This document shows positions 20,935 through 31,627 of a stretch of 64,000 nt of DNA, in pieces. The notes beneath the pieces were generated by a model. That model had not been told where the DNA came from, did no database searches, and was given only the letters and a program-made list of their open reading frames with translations. Source of the DNA: an uncultured Acidobacteriota bacterium (GTDB taxonomy: Bacteria > Acidobacteriota > JAQAZP01); contig CAWIIB010000001.1 in the NCBI GenBank assembly GCA_963836075.1, positions 2,176,001 to 2,240,000 of the forward strand, in the 5' to 3' direction. Every line of letters starts with the position of its first letter. Positions within the stretch are counted from its first letter, which is position 1. Both the position numbers and the translations under genes were made by a program.

Positions 20935-23403
20935 TCAGCTCCCCTCCCCCGCCCTGCGCCGGCTGCGCAGGGCCAGGCCGAAGAATAAGCCCAGCACCAT
21001 GAAAGTGGCAAGGGAAAGCAGCAGGCCGGCGCGCCACGAACCGGGGCGATAGGAGAAGGTCACCGTGCGGTTCTGCGGCTCCACGCGGACGGCACGGTGC
21101 AGGCCGTTGGCCCGCAGCACCGGGCGCCGGACCCCGTCCACCTCGGCCTCCCAGCCGGGGAACCAGCTGTCGGCCAGCACCAGCCAGGCCGGTTGTCCGG
21201 ACTCCACCGCCACCTCTACCCGGTCCGGGGTGTCGAGAACGATGCGGCAGCTGCCGCGGATTTCTCCGCCATCCGCGGTCTGCGGAGGAGGAGGAGTCCG
21301 GTCCGCCGTATGGCCCGACAGCAGTACCTGGCCCAGCGGATCGAAGCCGGCGGCGAACAGCGCGTCAAACTCGTCCCCCTCTTCCACGTACAGAGCGGAG
21401 GGGACCAGCCGTGCCCGTGGCAGGGCCAGGTCGTTGCGCTGCACCAGCATGGAGATCGTGCTGAAATCGCTGGTGCGATAGACCGGGGTCCGGCCGGGGA
21501 GCCCCGGGCCGTCGAACCCCAGCAGGTAGTCCACCGAGCAGAGATCCCACATCAGCTGCCGTTCCCGCAGTCCGCCGCGGTGCATCCTTCTCGCCGCCTC
21601 GGCGGTGGCGCGGGGGCTGAGCAGATCGGTGGTCACCCCCAGGTCGTAACCGATCCCCAGCAGCAGCCCCGAGGGCGGGGAAAGGAGCGAACGGTCCCAG
21701 AGACAGATCCACTCCTTCTCCTTTGACGGCGGGTCGATACGGAAGCCCTGCGGCTTGTCCTCGCGGTAGACCCGCACCAGGCCCCGGTGCCCGGCGGCGG
21801 CACGGATCGCCTCCGCCGCCGGGGGTTCGCTGGCAAAGAAGGAGCGGTCGGTGCGGAAGTTCACCCCGGCCCCGAAGAGGCAGAGGTCGGCCGCCAGGAG
21901 GGTCAACACGAAGGCGGCACAGACGGGCCGCCGCAGCCGCCCGGCCAGGGCGGCCCAGGCCAGCGCCGCCGAACCGAACAGGCACAGCTGGGCCAGCAGG
22001 CCGCGTCCCAGCACGCCGGCCAGTGTGTCGCGGAGCGCCGGCACGGCCGGATCCACCTCCGCGGCCCGGGCCATGAGACCCACGGCCCAATCGTCGCGCA
22101 GGGCAATGACGCCCAGTAGCAGCGCCGCTGCCACCGACCAGCCCATGGCCCCGAGAAAGAGCCTGGACAGCGAGCGGTCCTCGGCGACGCCGCTGGAACT
22201 GCCGCCGGCCAGGCGGCCGAAGGCCTTGCCGGCCAGCAGGGCCAGGGCCAGGGTCACCAGGATCAGGAAGCGGCTGGGGAAACGCATCCCACCGGCCACC
22301 GGCAGGGCGTAGACCAGGCGGTAGAGCGGTGTGTGGCCGCCCAGGGAGAGCACCAGCCCGGCGACAAGGAGCAGGCCGAAGAGCAGGGCGTCCCGGTCAC
22401 GGCGCAGGCGAAGGAGCGCGGCGGCGGCAAAGAGCAGCACGGCCTGGCCGGCGTAAATGCTGAGGATCAGCGGGTAGCCGTCGTCAAACAGCCGGTGGCC
22501 CCAGAGGGCGCCGGCCACCGTGCTGTCCACGTCGCCGAAAAAAGCCGGCAGGTGCAGCTCGACCAGGCGCAGGGGGTGGGTGGACCAGAAGGTGGCCCCG
22601 CGAAAGGTGAACCCCCAGCCGCGCACCGTCTGGCGGAGCAGTTCGAGGAACGGGAGAAGCTGCAGCCCGCAGAGCCCGGCGGCGGCCAGCGACAGGCCGG
22701 CCACCGAGGCCAGCTCGCGCCAGCGGGGCCTCTCCGGGCCGTCCGCACTCTCGCGGCGGAAGACCAGCAGGGCCAGCAGCAGCAGGGTGGCCAGCACCAT
22801 GCCGGGGTCGCCGCCCAGCAGCTGGACGGCCAGCGAGAGCAGGCAGCCGGCCCCGGCCAGCGGCGAGCGGTTCCGCCGCCAGCCGAGAAAGAGCCAGGCG
22901 GTGAGCGGCAGCCAGGCGGCGGAGTTGAGCATGTTCAGCAGGTTGCCCAGGGAGAGCATGTAGCCCGAGAGGGTGAAGGCAAGGGAGGTGAACAGCGCGC
23001 CGGCCTCGCCCCAGCCCATCCGCCGGGCCAGGAGGAACGAGGACCAGCCGGCCAGCAGCAGCTGGAGAAACACCGTCCAGTTCACGGCACTCACCGGGTC
23101 GAGGGCCAGGAAGAGCAGGGTGGACGGGTGGAAGGTGAAGAGGTTGAGGTTGGCCAGCAGCGGCTGGCCGCCGGAGAGCCCGGGGTTCCAGAGGGGCACC
23201 GTGCCGGCAAGGATCTGCCCGGCCTGCAGGGCCTTCAGCGGCAGGTGGTTGTTGTAGATATCCCGGAAATAGAGCGTCCGGTCACCGAGGAGGACGTCGG
23301 CAAAGAGGAGGGCCAGCAGCAACGCGATGAGGAGCAGCGGCAGCGCCCCGCGCCAGCCGCCCGGACCGCCGCTGCCCGCCCCTGCTCTACTGGATGTCTT
23401 CAA
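20935..23403 (-). CDS. YfhO-like polytopic GT-C glycosyltransferase
   Basis: YFRDI, PLWNP..GQP, MRFPSRF, LPRA, WLVLADSWFPGWEA.VDG, V.F.YRP. Confidence 0.85.
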   Translation of the reverse strand: MKTSSRAGAGSGGPGGWRGALPLLLIALLLALLFADVLLGDRTLYFRDIYNNHLPLKALQAGQILAGTVPLWNPGLSGGQPLLANLNLFTFHPSTLLFLALDPVSAVNWTVFLQLLLAGWSSFLLARRMGWGEAGALFTSLAFTLSGYMLSLGNLLNMLNSAAWLPLTAWLFLGWRRNRSPLAGAGCLLSLAVQLLGGDPGMVLATLLLLALLVFRRESADGPERPRWRELASVAGLSLAAAGLCGLQLLPFLELLRQTVRGWGFTFRGATFWSTHPLRLVELHLPAFFGDVDSTVAGALWGHRLFDDGYPLILSIYAGQAVLLFAAAALLRLRRDRDALLFGLLLVAGLVLSLGGHTPLYRLVYALPVAGGMRFPSRFLILVTLALALLAGKAFGRLAGGSSSGVAEDRSLSRLFLGAMGWSVAAALLLGVIALRDDWAVGLMARAAEVDPAVPALRDTLAGVLGRGLLAQLCLFGSAALAWAALAGRLRRPVCAAFVLTLLAADLCLFGAGVNFRTDRSFFASEPPAAEAIRAAAGHRGLVRVYREDKPQGFRIDPPSKEKEWICLWDRSLLSPPSGLLLGIGYDLGVTTDLLSPRATAEAARRMHRGGLRERQLMWDLCSVDYLLGFDGPGLPGRTPVYRTSDFSTISMLVQRNDLALPRARLVPSALYVEEGDEFDALFAAGFDPLGQVLLSGHTADRTPPPPQTADGGEIRGSCRIVLDTPDRVEVAVESGQPAWLVLADSWFPGWEAEVDGVRRPVLRANGLHRAVRVEPQNRTVTFSYRPGSWRAGLLLSLATFMVLGLFFGLALRSRRRAGEGS

Positions 23404-24028
23404 TCGTCGCCAGTTTCCCGTGCACCGACCGGGCGTATCTCTTCGGCTTCTCCAGACCCAGCCGCTCGATGGTCTCCACCCGGTTCGGCCCCATGTTGTA
23501 AGCTGCCAGGGCCAGGTCCATGTCGTCGAACCTCTCGAACAGCTGGTTGAGGTAGAAAGCCCCCATCTCGATGTTCAGCCCCGGGTCGTGGAGCAGGTGC
23601 GCCCCTTCCCACTCGATCTTCAGGTCGCGGGCCACGTCCGCGGCGGTGGAAGGCAGGAGCTGCATCAGCCCCACGGCGCCCTTTTCCGAAATGGCGTTCT
23701 TGTCAAAGGCACTCTCGGTCTCGATCAGCGCAATGATCAGCTCGGGGGAGATCTGGTACCTGTCGCTCACCTTGAGGATCGATTCGCTGATCGCCTTCAG
23801 TTCCCGGGGTGAGAGATTGACCCGCCGCGTGTCGAAATAGTCCCGGACCCGGCTGCGGGTCAGGGACATCTCCAGTTGCTGGTCCAGCTTCTCATTCCTC
23901 AGTTCCAGACCCTCGATAATATTGTTCAGTTTGGCGATGCTCCGGGCGTCCTGGTCACGGACCACGTTGAAGTGAATCCCGTAGAAGACCAGCAGGGCCA
24001 GCAGCAGCACCGGCAGTATTCTTCTCAT
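23387..24028 (-). CDS. Lytic transglycosylase (SLT domain)
   Basis: IETESAF, AIS.KGAVGLMQLLP, ALAAYNMGP. Confidence 0.93.
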   Translation of the reverse strand: MRRILPVLLLALLVFYGIHFNVVRDQDARSIAKLNNIIEGLELRNEKLDQQLEMSLTRSRVRDYFDTRRVNLSPRELKAISESILKVSDRYQISPELIIALIETESAFDKNAISEKGAVGLMQLLPSTAADVARDLKIEWEGAHLLHDPGLNIEMGAFYLNQLFERFDDMDLALAAYNMGPNRVETIERLGLEKPKRYARSVHGKLATIEDIQ

Positions 24029-24206
24029 GACGTTGTTACCTCCTTACCCCGAACGGGGTCTGCAGACGAAATCTCCAGACGACGATCAGGTCACGTCACA
24101 AAAAGATTTGCACGAAAGTAACGGGAAGTCAAGCATTGAACCGCCCTGTCCCCCGGCGGGGAAACCAGCAGGGACAAGCGTTCGCGTGGGTTTGCTGAGG
24201 TCTTTT

Positions 24207-24704
24207 TCAAGGCAGCGGCGGGATAATCACCAGTTGGTCGCCCAGATCGATATCCCATTTCTCCACCGACCCGGCATTCAGTTCGAGCACCGCACTGGCC
24301 TTGCACATCGGCTGGTAACTGGGACAGGGCTCCTCCGGACAGGGTGGGACGTTCTGCTCGAAGTGAACCACGCGCCCCGAACTGTCCAGCCAGAGCAGGT
24401 CGAGGGGAAAACGGACATTCTTCATCCAGATGGAGCGGAAACCGGTGCTGGAAAAGACCAGCAGCATGCCCTGCCCCGCGGGAAGATCGTCCCTGAACAT
24501 CAGGCCGCGGCTCCGCTGGCGGGACGAAACCGCCAGTTCCACGACGATCTCCGTCCCGCAGGGCAGGATGACCAGGCCCGTCGCCATCGGTTCTCCTTCG
24601 CCGGTCACCGGCGCCGGCCATACCCCGGCCAGCAGCAGGCCCAGGCCGAGCAGGCAGAGCAGTGCCCATCCGGGCCCTGGCAGTTTGAGCTTCCTGTGCA
24701 TCAT
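24207..24704 (-). CDS. DUF192-family exported protein
   Basis: VELA...GLMFR...GMLLVF...WMKNV.FPLD...VLELNAG; start uncertain (24704 or 24701). Confidence 0.88.
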   Translation of the reverse strand: MMHRKLKLPGPGWALLCLLGLGLLLAGVWPAPVTGEGEPMATGLVILPCGTEIVVELAVSSRQRSRGLMFRDDLPAGQGMLLVFSSTGFRSIWMKNVRFPLDLLWLDSSGRVVHFEQNVPPCPEEPCPSYQPMCKASAVLELNAGSVEKWDIDLGDQLVIIPPLP

Positions 24705-24815
24705 TCCCTTCCCCGGGGCCGTCCCCACCGGTCATTCCAGCGGCAGGATATCCCCGGAACCGCCGTTTGGCAACCGCTCCGGGGGGAGGTGTCACCGCTC
24801 ACCCGATTAAAGGTC

Positions 24816-24852
24816 ATTATACCTTTTGCCGCCGGGGGGCAGGTGGTATAAT
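24816..24852. promoter_or_regulatory. Back-to-back -10 boxes of divergent promoters (gap operon on +, DUF192 on -)
   Basis: Extended -10 TGGTATAAT at 24844-24852 on +; TATAAT on - at 24816-24821. Confidence 0.6.
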
Positions 24853-24940
24853 CCTTCCCCTCATCGGAACACAGGATGACTTCCGTCACCCGGGTAAACA
24901 CTGTCTCACGGCCTGATGGCCAAGCGGAGGGGATCTTTCA

Positions 24941-25936
24941 ATGGGTATCAAGATCGGCATCAACGGCTTCGGTCGGATCGGCAGGAACTTCCTGCGCTGC
25001 TCCATGGCGGACAGCGGACTGGAGATCGTGGCGGTCAATGACATCACCGACGCCGCCACATTGGCCCACTTGCTGAAATACGACTCGGTCCACGGCAACC
25101 TCAAGGAAGAGGTGTCCGTGGACGGGGACTCGATACGCGTGGCCGGCCGCACGATCAAGGTGCTGGCCGAGCGCAATCCGGCCGACCTGCCCTGGGGCGA
25201 GCTGGGCGTGGACATCGTGGTTGAATCCACCGGCCTGTTCCGCGACCACGACAGCGCCTCGAAGCACATCGCCGCCGGCGCGAAGAAGGTGGTCATCTCG
25301 GCCCCGGCCGTGGAGCCTGACGGCACCTTTGTCATGGGCGTGAACAACACGACCTACGACCCGGACAAACACCACATCATTTCCAATGCCTCCTGCACCA
25401 CCAACTGCCTGGCTCCCGTGGCCAAGGTGCTCAACGACACCTTCGGCATCGAGCTCGGCATCATGACCACCATCCACTCCTACACCAACGGCCAGCGGAT
25501 TCTCGACCTGCCGCACAAGGACCTCAGACGGGCCCGGGCGGCGGCGCTCTCCATGATCCCCACCACCACCGGCGCGGCCAAGGCGGTGGCCCTGGTGCTG
25601 CCGGAGCTGCAGGGCAAGCTGGACGGCTTCGCCATCCGCGTCCCCACCCCCAACGTCTCGGTGGTGGACCTGGTAGCCAATCTCGGCCGCGACACCACGG
25701 TGGATGAGGTCAACGGCGCCATGAAGGCTGCCGCGGAGGGCGAGCTCAAGGGCATCCTGCGCTACAGCGAGGAGCCGCTGGTCTCCATCGACTTCAACGG
25801 GATGGACGAGTCCTCGGCGCTGGATGCCGGCTTCACCCGGATGATGGGCCCGCGGATGGTCAAGGTGCTCTCCTGGTATGACAACGAGTGGGGCTATTCC
25901 TGCCGGATTCGCGACCTGATCAAGTACATCGGTTAA
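24941..25936 (+). CDS. gap: Glyceraldehyde-3-phosphate dehydrogenase
   Basis: [29 protein letters not shown]. Confidence 0.99.
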   Translation: MGIKIGINGFGRIGRNFLRCSMADSGLEIVAVNDITDAATLAHLLKYDSVHGNLKEEVSVDGDSIRVAGRTIKVLAERNPADLPWGELGVDIVVESTGLFRDHDSASKHIAAGAKKVVISAPAVEPDGTFVMGVNNTTYDPDKHHIISNASCTTNCLAPVAKVLNDTFGIELGIMTTIHSYTNGQRILDLPHKDLRRARAAALSMIPTTTGAAKAVALVLPELQGKLDGFAIRVPTPNVSVVDLVANLGRDTTVDEVNGAMKAAAEGELKGILRYSEEPLVSIDFNGMDESSALDAGFTRMMGPRMVKVLSWYDNEWGYSCRIRDLIKYIG

Positions 25937-25983
25937 ACCGGCGGAGAGTCCGCTCAGGCCCCGCCTGTGGAAAGTGACGAACC

Positions 25984-27174
25984 ATGTTGAAGAAGCTGAG
26001 CGTCGACCAGCTGCAGGTTGACGGTAAGAAGGTTTTTCTCCGGGTCGACTTCAACGTCCCCCTGAACGAGCAGCAGCAGGTGACCGACGATACCCGGCTG
26101 AGCGCGGCACTGCCCTCCATCCGCTGCCTGCTGGACGGCGGCGCCCGCCTGGCCCTGGCCTCGCACCTCGGACGGCCCAAGGGCCGGGCGGTACCCGAAC
26201 TGAGTCTCCAGCCGGTGGCGGCCCGCCTGTCCCAGCTGCTGGGCCGGGAAGTGACTTTCGTGCCCGACTGTGTGGGCGACGTGGTGACCGGGGCCATGGA
26301 CGCCCTGGCCCCGGGGTCGGTGGTGCTGCTGGAGAACCTTCGCTACCACGAGGGGGAGACGCAGAACGATCCCCAGTTCGCCGCCGCCCTGGCCCGGGGA
26401 TTCGACGAGTATGCCAACGACGCCTTCGGCACCGCGCACCGGGCCCACGCGTCCAACGTGGGCATCACCGCCCACTTCCCCCGGGCGGCCTGCGGCTTTT
26501 TGATGAAGAAAGAGATCGACTACCTGGGCAACGCGGTGAGCAACCCCAAAAGGCCCTTCGTGGCGCTGCTGGGCGGGGCCAAGGTCTCGGACAAGATCCC
26601 GGTGGTGGAAAACCTGATGTCAAAGCTCGACACGTTGCTCATCGGCGGCGGCATGGCCTACACCTTCCTCAGGGCCCAGGGCCACGAGATCGGCCTCTCG
26701 CTGCTGGACACCGAGCACGTGGACCTCTCGCGCAGCCTGCTCCAGCGGGCCAAGGAAGCGGGGGTCAAGGTCTTCCTGCCGGTGGACCACGTGGGAGCGG
26801 AAAGCCTGCAGGCAGCCTCCGGGGCCACCACGGTGTACAGCGTGGACATCCCCGAAGACCTGGTGGGCCTCGACATCGGCCCGGCCACGGTGAAGCAGTT
26901 CTCCGACCAGCTGGCCGGGGCGGGCACCATCGTCTGGAACGGGCCCATGGGGGTCTTCGAGAAGGAGGCCTTCGCCGAGGGGACCCTGGCCGTGGCCCGG
27001 GCGGTGGCCGCTTCGGACGCCGTCTCCATCGTCGGCGGGGGCGATTCGGTGGCCGCGGTGGCCAAGGCCGGCGTGACCGACCGGATCACCCACATCTCCA
27101 CCGGCGGCGGGGCGTCGCTGGAGTATCTCGCGGGCAAGGTTCTACCCGGCGTTGACGCGTTGACCGACGCCTGA
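25984..27174 (+). CDS. pgk: Phosphoglycerate kinase
   Basis: RVDFNVP, DAFGTAHRAHAS, GGAKVSDK, HISTGGGASL. Confidence 0.99.
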   Translation: MLKKLSVDQLQVDGKKVFLRVDFNVPLNEQQQVTDDTRLSAALPSIRCLLDGGARLALASHLGRPKGRAVPELSLQPVAARLSQLLGREVTFVPDCVGDVVTGAMDALAPGSVVLLENLRYHEGETQNDPQFAAALARGFDEYANDAFGTAHRAHASNVGITAHFPRAACGFLMKKEIDYLGNAVSNPKRPFVALLGGAKVSDKIPVVENLMSKLDTLLIGGGMAYTFLRAQGHEIGLSLLDTEHVDLSRSLLQRAKEAGVKVFLPVDHVGAESLQAASGATTVYSVDIPEDLVGLDIGPATVKQFSDQLAGAGTIVWNGPMGVFEKEAFAEGTLAVARAVAASDAVSIVGGGDSVAAVAKAGVTDRITHISTGGGASLEYLAGKVLPGVDALTDA

Positions 27175-27237
27175 ACAGCACTATCCCCGCCCGGACGCCA
27201 ACGGCGATCCGGCGGGGCGGAGAGGGAGTAATCGAGA

Positions 27238-27990
27238 GTGCGCAACCCGATCATCGCCGCCAACTGGAAAATGTTCAAAACCGTCGGGGAGACCCTGGCC
27301 TACATCGACGCGTTCCTGCCGCTGGTCAAGGATACCGGCGGGACCGAAGTTGTGCTGGCGCCGCCATTCACCGCACTGCAGGCCGCGGCCGCCGCCCTCA
27401 CCGGAAGCCGGGTGATGCTGGCCGGCCAGAACCTGCACTGGGAAGCCGATGGCGCTTACACCGGCGAGATCTCGGCGGCGATGCTGGCCGATGCCGGCTG
27501 CAGCTACGTGATCATCGGCCACTCCGAGCGGCGCCAGTTCTTCGGGGAGACCGACGAGACGGTGAACCTGAAGATCAAGGCCGCCATCGGGGCCGGTTTG
27601 AAGCCCATCGTCTGTGTCGGGGAAAGCCTCGAGGACCGGGAAGCGGGACAGACGCTGAACGTGATCCGGCGCCAGGTCAACGGCGCCCTGATTGGCTTGA
27701 AAAAGGACAACCTTGATGGTATGGTGCTCGCTTACGAGCCGATCTGGGCCATAGGGACTGGTTTGACCGCCACGCCTGAACAGGCGGGTGAAGTCCACGG
27801 CTGGATTCGTGAAATGCTCGCCTCGTTCAGCCAGAACGGGCTGGGCCAGGCGATTCGGATTCAGTACGGGGGCAGCGTCAAGCCGGATAACATCAACGAT
27901 CTGATGGCACAGCCTGACATCGACGGCGCTCTGGTCGGTGGGGCCAGCCTGAAGCCCGACTCCTTTTCCAAAATCGTCAATTTCCGCTGA
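27238..27990 (+). CDS. tpiA: Triosephosphate isomerase
   Basis: ANWKM, GHSERR, AYEPIWAIGTG, YGGSV, LVGGASL. Confidence 0.99.
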   Translation: MRNPIIAANWKMFKTVGETLAYIDAFLPLVKDTGGTEVVLAPPFTALQAAAAALTGSRVMLAGQNLHWEADGAYTGEISAAMLADAGCSYVIIGHSERRQFFGETDETVNLKIKAAIGAGLKPIVCVGESLEDREAGQTLNVIRRQVNGALIGLKKDNLDGMVLAYEPIWAIGTGLTATPEQAGEVHGWIREMLASFSQNGLGQAIRIQYGGSVKPDNINDLMAQPDIDGALVGGASLKPDSFSKIVNFR

Positions 27991-28035
27991 GCCGGAAACG
28001 GGAAAGGGAGCAGGGATTTTTACTTTTACAGGACC

Positions 28036-28476
28036 ATGCTAGCAATCCTCTTGACATTGTTGCACGTTGCCGTGTGTATGTTTCTGATCCTGGTGGTGCT
28101 GCTGCAGACCGGCAAGAGTGCTGATCTGGCAGGGGCCTTCGGCGGCGGCGGCAGCCAGACCGCCCTGGGCAGCCGGGGTGCGGCCACGCTGCTGACCAAG
28201 CTGACCACCACCGCCGCCGTCCTGTTCATGATCACCTCGCTCAGCCTGGCCATCGTGGCCACGCGCAAAGCGCCGTCGATCATGGATTCGGTGGAGCAGA
28301 CCGAGCCGGCCATCCCGGCCGACCAGGCCGTGCTCCCGCCCGCGGCTCCCGAAACCACCGAGACCTCACCGGCGGTGACGGGCGAGACCGAGGGGCAGGA
28401 CGCCGCGGCGCTCCCAACCGCCGGCGAGACCGCTGGCGGCGAAGAAGCGGCCGCCGGAGCGGGCGAGACAGAGTAA
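28036..28476 (+). CDS. secG: Preprotein translocase subunit SecG
   Basis: VLLQ.GK.ADLAGAFGGGG; tpiA-secG-tRNA-Leu synteny. Confidence 0.95.
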   Translation: MLAILLTLLHVAVCMFLILVVLLQTGKSADLAGAFGGGGSQTALGSRGAATLLTKLTTTAAVLFMITSLSLAIVATRKAPSIMDSVEQTEPAIPADQAVLPPAAPETTETSPAVTGETEGQDAAALPTAGETAGGEEAAAGAGETE

Positions 28477-28506
28477 CAGCGCTGACGTGCAGAAAACATC
28501 CCGCGT

Positions 28507-28594
28507 GCCGAAGTGGTGGAACCTGGTAGACACGCTGTCTTGAGGGGGCAGTGCTCGAAAGGGCGTGGGGGTTCGAGTCCCCCCTTCGGCACCA
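28507..28594 (+). tRNA. tRNA-Leu(GAG)
   Basis: GCCGAAG/CTTCGGC acceptor stem plus ACCA; anticodon arm CTGTC-TTGAGGG-GGCAG; long variable arm; GGTTCGAGTCC T-arm. Confidence 0.97.
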
Positions 28595-28609
28595 TTCTTT
28601 GATCGAGAT

Positions 28610-28635
28610 AACCCCAACACCACGTTGGGGTTTTT
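28610..28635 (+). terminator. Rho-independent terminator after tRNA-Leu
   Basis: AACCCCAAC-ACCAC-GTTGGGGTT followed by T residues. Confidence 0.8.
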
Positions 28636-28757
28636 CATTTCCACCCTCCCTCATCATCACTGCGGCAGGCATGGTTGACCGCCTGGCGTGGGCAAAGATG
28701 GCAGTACAAAGCAACACCGGCCCCGGAAGTTCCCAAAGCCGGTGCGGTGGCCGGCGA

Positions 28758-29123
28758 TCAGGGTGCGATCCCCGTCACCGTGCTGAAGTCGACGTCTGCA
28801 CCACCCGAAGGTTGGTAGGGTGGCTGGTTGAACGGCGGAGGGGTTACGTCCTCGGCCACAATCGTGAACACGTTGTCACCGATCATGATAAACAGCGCCG
28901 GGATCGTTGTTCTCCAGCTGCTCTGGAAGCTGCTGGCCGCGGGCACATCGGTGTATCCGGCCCGCCAGTTGGGGAACGATCCACCACGGGCCAACGCAAC
29001 GTCCACGTGCATGGCAAACCGGCGGGTTTGTTCCGTGTAGTTGTTGGTCACCGTTGCTGTCATCTGTGTCGTGAACGGCACGGTGCCCGATGACGGCATG
29101 CAGGTCAGGTCTGCCGAGACCGT
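28758..29123 (-). repeat. Shared ~120-aa C-terminal domain, copy 1
   Basis: TVSADLTCMPSSGTVPF...WRAGYT...GDNVF...DVTPPPFNQPPYQPSGGADVDFSTVTGIAP-stop. Confidence 0.95.
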
Positions 29124-30245
29124 TACCACCGCATTTATAAGCACCGTAACATTGTCGCTGCCATGATTGACCACGGCCAGGTCCTGGTGGTTGTCACCAT
29201 CCAGGTCGCCGCTGACCACCTTGACAGGTTCGGCCCCGACCCCGACATTCACCGCTGCCTGAAAGGTGCCGTCACCGTTGCCCCGCAGAATCGCGAGATT
29301 TTCGTTCCAATAGTTGGTCACCGCCAGGTCCGGGCTGTCGTCGCCGAACAGGTCGCAGATGACCACCGAATGAGAGTAGTCTCCGGACCCGTAACTGACG
29401 GCGGTCTCGAAGGTGCCGTCGCCATTGCCCAGCAGCACCGAGACATCGTCACTGCTCTCATTCGTCACAGCAAGATCGGGAGTGCTGTCTCCGTCCAGGT
29501 CGCCGATGGCCACTGAACGAGTACCGACCCCGGTCCCGTAGTGAACGGCGGCCTCGAAGGTGCCGTCGCCATTGCCCAGAAGCACCATGACTCCGTAGAG
29601 ATCAGAACTATAATTCGCAACGACGATGTCCGGATTGCTGTCCCCATTCAGATCGCCGATGACGATCGAAAGAGGAGAATCACCGGCCGCGTAACTGACG
29701 GCGGTCTCGAAGGTGCCGTCACCATGCCCCAGAAGCACCGACACGTCGTCGCTATAAAAATTCGCCACGGCCATGTCCGAATTGCCGTCGCCATCCAGGT
29801 CGCCTATGGCAGTCGAAAACGGTCCATCGCCGGTCCCAATATTCACCGCGGCCTGGAAGGTGCCGTCACCATTGCCCGGCAGCATCGAAACGTAGTCCTG
29901 AGCGTAATTTGTCGAGAGCAGGTCCGGAGTGCCGTCACCCGTCAGGTCCCCAATTGAGACCCCATTTGGTGAATATCCGGCCTCATAAGTCACATCGGTC
30001 TGGAATGTTCCGTCACCATTGCCCAGCAGCACTGAGATGTTGGCGTCATACCAATTCGCCACGGCCAGGTCCAGCTGGCCATCGCCATTCAGGTCGCCGA
30101 TGGCTCCCGAAATGGGGTAGTCACCGACCGCGTATTCCACGCCGGGATCAAATAACTGCGCTTCAACCGTCGTCATGGAAAGAAAGCAAAAGACCAGCAC
30201 CACGAAGATAATACAGCTTGCAACTCTCATTTTACTTTTCTCCAC
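28758..30245 (-). CDS. Secreted FG-GAP/VCBS-repeat beta-propeller protein with the shared C-terminal domain
   Basis: Signal peptide; about seven ~50-aa repeats GDL[ND]GDxxxD...VSVLLGNGDGTF; ends TVTGIAP. Start may be ATG 30230. Confidence 0.9.
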   Translation of the reverse strand: MEKSKMRVASCIIFVVLVFCFLSMTTVEAQLFDPGVEYAVGDYPISGAIGDLNGDGQLDLAVANWYDANISVLLGNGDGTFQTDVTYEAGYSPNGVSIGDLTGDGTPDLLSTNYAQDYVSMLPGNGDGTFQAAVNIGTGDGPFSTAIGDLDGDGNSDMAVANFYSDDVSVLLGHGDGTFETAVSYAAGDSPLSIVIGDLNGDSNPDIVVANYSSDLYGVMVLLGNGDGTFEAAVHYGTGVGTRSVAIGDLDGDSTPDLAVTNESSDDVSVLLGNGDGTFETAVSYGSGDYSHSVVICDLFGDDSPDLAVTNYWNENLAILRGNGDGTFQAAVNVGVGAEPVKVVSGDLDGDNHQDLAVVNHGSDNVTVLINAVVTVSADLTCMPSSGTVPFTTQMTATVTNNYTEQTRRFAMHVDVALARGGSFPNWRAGYTDVPAASSFQSSWRTTIPALFIMIGDNVFTIVAEDVTPPPFNQPPYQPSGGADVDFSTVTGIAP

Positions 30246-30298
30246 AATGGGGAACGGGGATAAGTGCGAACGGCCTCGGGCTGGGACAGCCTCTGGTG

Positions 30299-30359
30299 GT
30301 CAGCAATGAATGCCAACTATTACTGACAACAATATAGTTCCTTTTTCACATAGCGGCAA
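30299..30359 (-). promoter_or_regulatory. sigma70 promoter TTGCCG-N17-TATATT followed by leader hairpin GTTGGCA-TTCAT-TGCTGAC
   Basis: Read on the minus strand; same architecture as 57299-57358. Confidence 0.55.
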
Positions 30360-30545
30360 GTCGTTTCCATCGCCATCCTCTCTCTGCGGCCAGTAATTAG
30401 GCGCGGCCGATCGGTATCCTCCCGCCGCCCACCACGTACATCCTTGCCGCCGGAAGATGGCCGATGTTACCCTGCCGAATGTCCTGCGGATGATCAAGCC
30501 GCACCCGGCCATTTTTCTGTCTGGCCTGTAGAGGAGAGCTCTCCC

Positions 30546-31494
30546 GTGTCCGATGCCGCCGTTCTTGACGCGTTCAGCTGCTGGGGGCTCGAGGCGGGAC
30601 CACTCCGCCCCGACATCCTCATCGAGGGCAGTCCCGAGCGGTGCGATTACCGCACGGTGCTGGAGGACCGGTCCGGGTCCCCCTGGGTCATCGAGCGGAT
30701 CTTCCCCCACACCCGGAAGGCCAAACTCCGCATCGCCGGCACCCTCGAATACCTCGACAAACAGGGGATGCCGGGAATCCTCGCCTACCGGCGCACCGGA
30801 CAGGGGGAGTTCCTCGCCGAATCGGGGCGGCCAGTGGCTGCTCCGGCCATACCTGGCCGGCAGTGACCTGCCCCGGCCGTCCTTTATCCGCCACGGCTGG
30901 CGCGGCGAGGCCCTGGCCCGGTTCCTGATCACCCTGCGGGAGAAGTCGGCCCGGCTCCCCTTCTTCCAGGACCAGCAGGTCTTTGCCCTGGAGCCGTATA
31001 TCCGGCAGCTGCTGGAGGTAGTCTGGGACCGCAAGCCGGCGGTGGCCGCCGAAGTGCAGCCGGTCCTGGCTCACCTGGAGCGCTCTTTCTTCCCCCTCTG
31101 CCCCACCCTGCCCGCGGCCTTCTGCCACGGCGACTACCACCCGGTGAACGTGATCTGGGCCCCTGACCGGATCGCCGCGGTGATCGACTGGGAATTCACC
31201 GGCCCCAAGACCGAGCTGTATGACGTGGCCAACCTCCTCGGCTGCGCCGGTTTCGAGAACCCGGCCGGCCTGCGGGGCGAGATGGCCCGGGCGCTGATCA
31301 GCGACCTGCGGGCGGCGAGCTTCGCCGCGGAGGAGAGCTGGCAGAGCCTCACCGACCTGATCCTGGCCCTGCGCTTCGGCTGGCTCTCCGAATGGCTGCG
31401 CAAGCAGGACCACGAGATGCTGGAGCTGGAGCTGGTCTACATGGGACTGATTCTGCAGCACCGGGACTCGCTCAATGCTTTCTTTCTCGGCTGA
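30546..31494 (+). CDS. Aminoglycoside-phosphotransferase / homoserine kinase II-like kinase, split by one frameshift near 30825
   Basis: GTG 30546 after GAGGAG; N-lobe in the 30444 frame, then HGDYHPVN and IDWE in the 30553 frame; an extra G in the GGGG run near 30825 explains the shift. Confidence 0.75.
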
Positions 31495-31627
31495 GCTCCG
31501 GCGGTCTTGAAAACCGGACTCCCCTCTCCTATACTTCTTCTTCCGGCAGCGCTGCCGGTCACGCGAGAGGAATCCATACAACTCCGGCCCGTCCGGAGCG
31601 GTTCGTTATCTTTCCCAGGAGGATGTC

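Noticed and set aside
29270-30030. Nucleotide repeats at about 150-bp period (for example an identical 30-mer at 29391 and 29691) as a CRISPR array or DGR repeats
   Set aside because: They are in-frame FG-GAP coding repeats; there is no reverse transcriptase and no adenine-specific variation.
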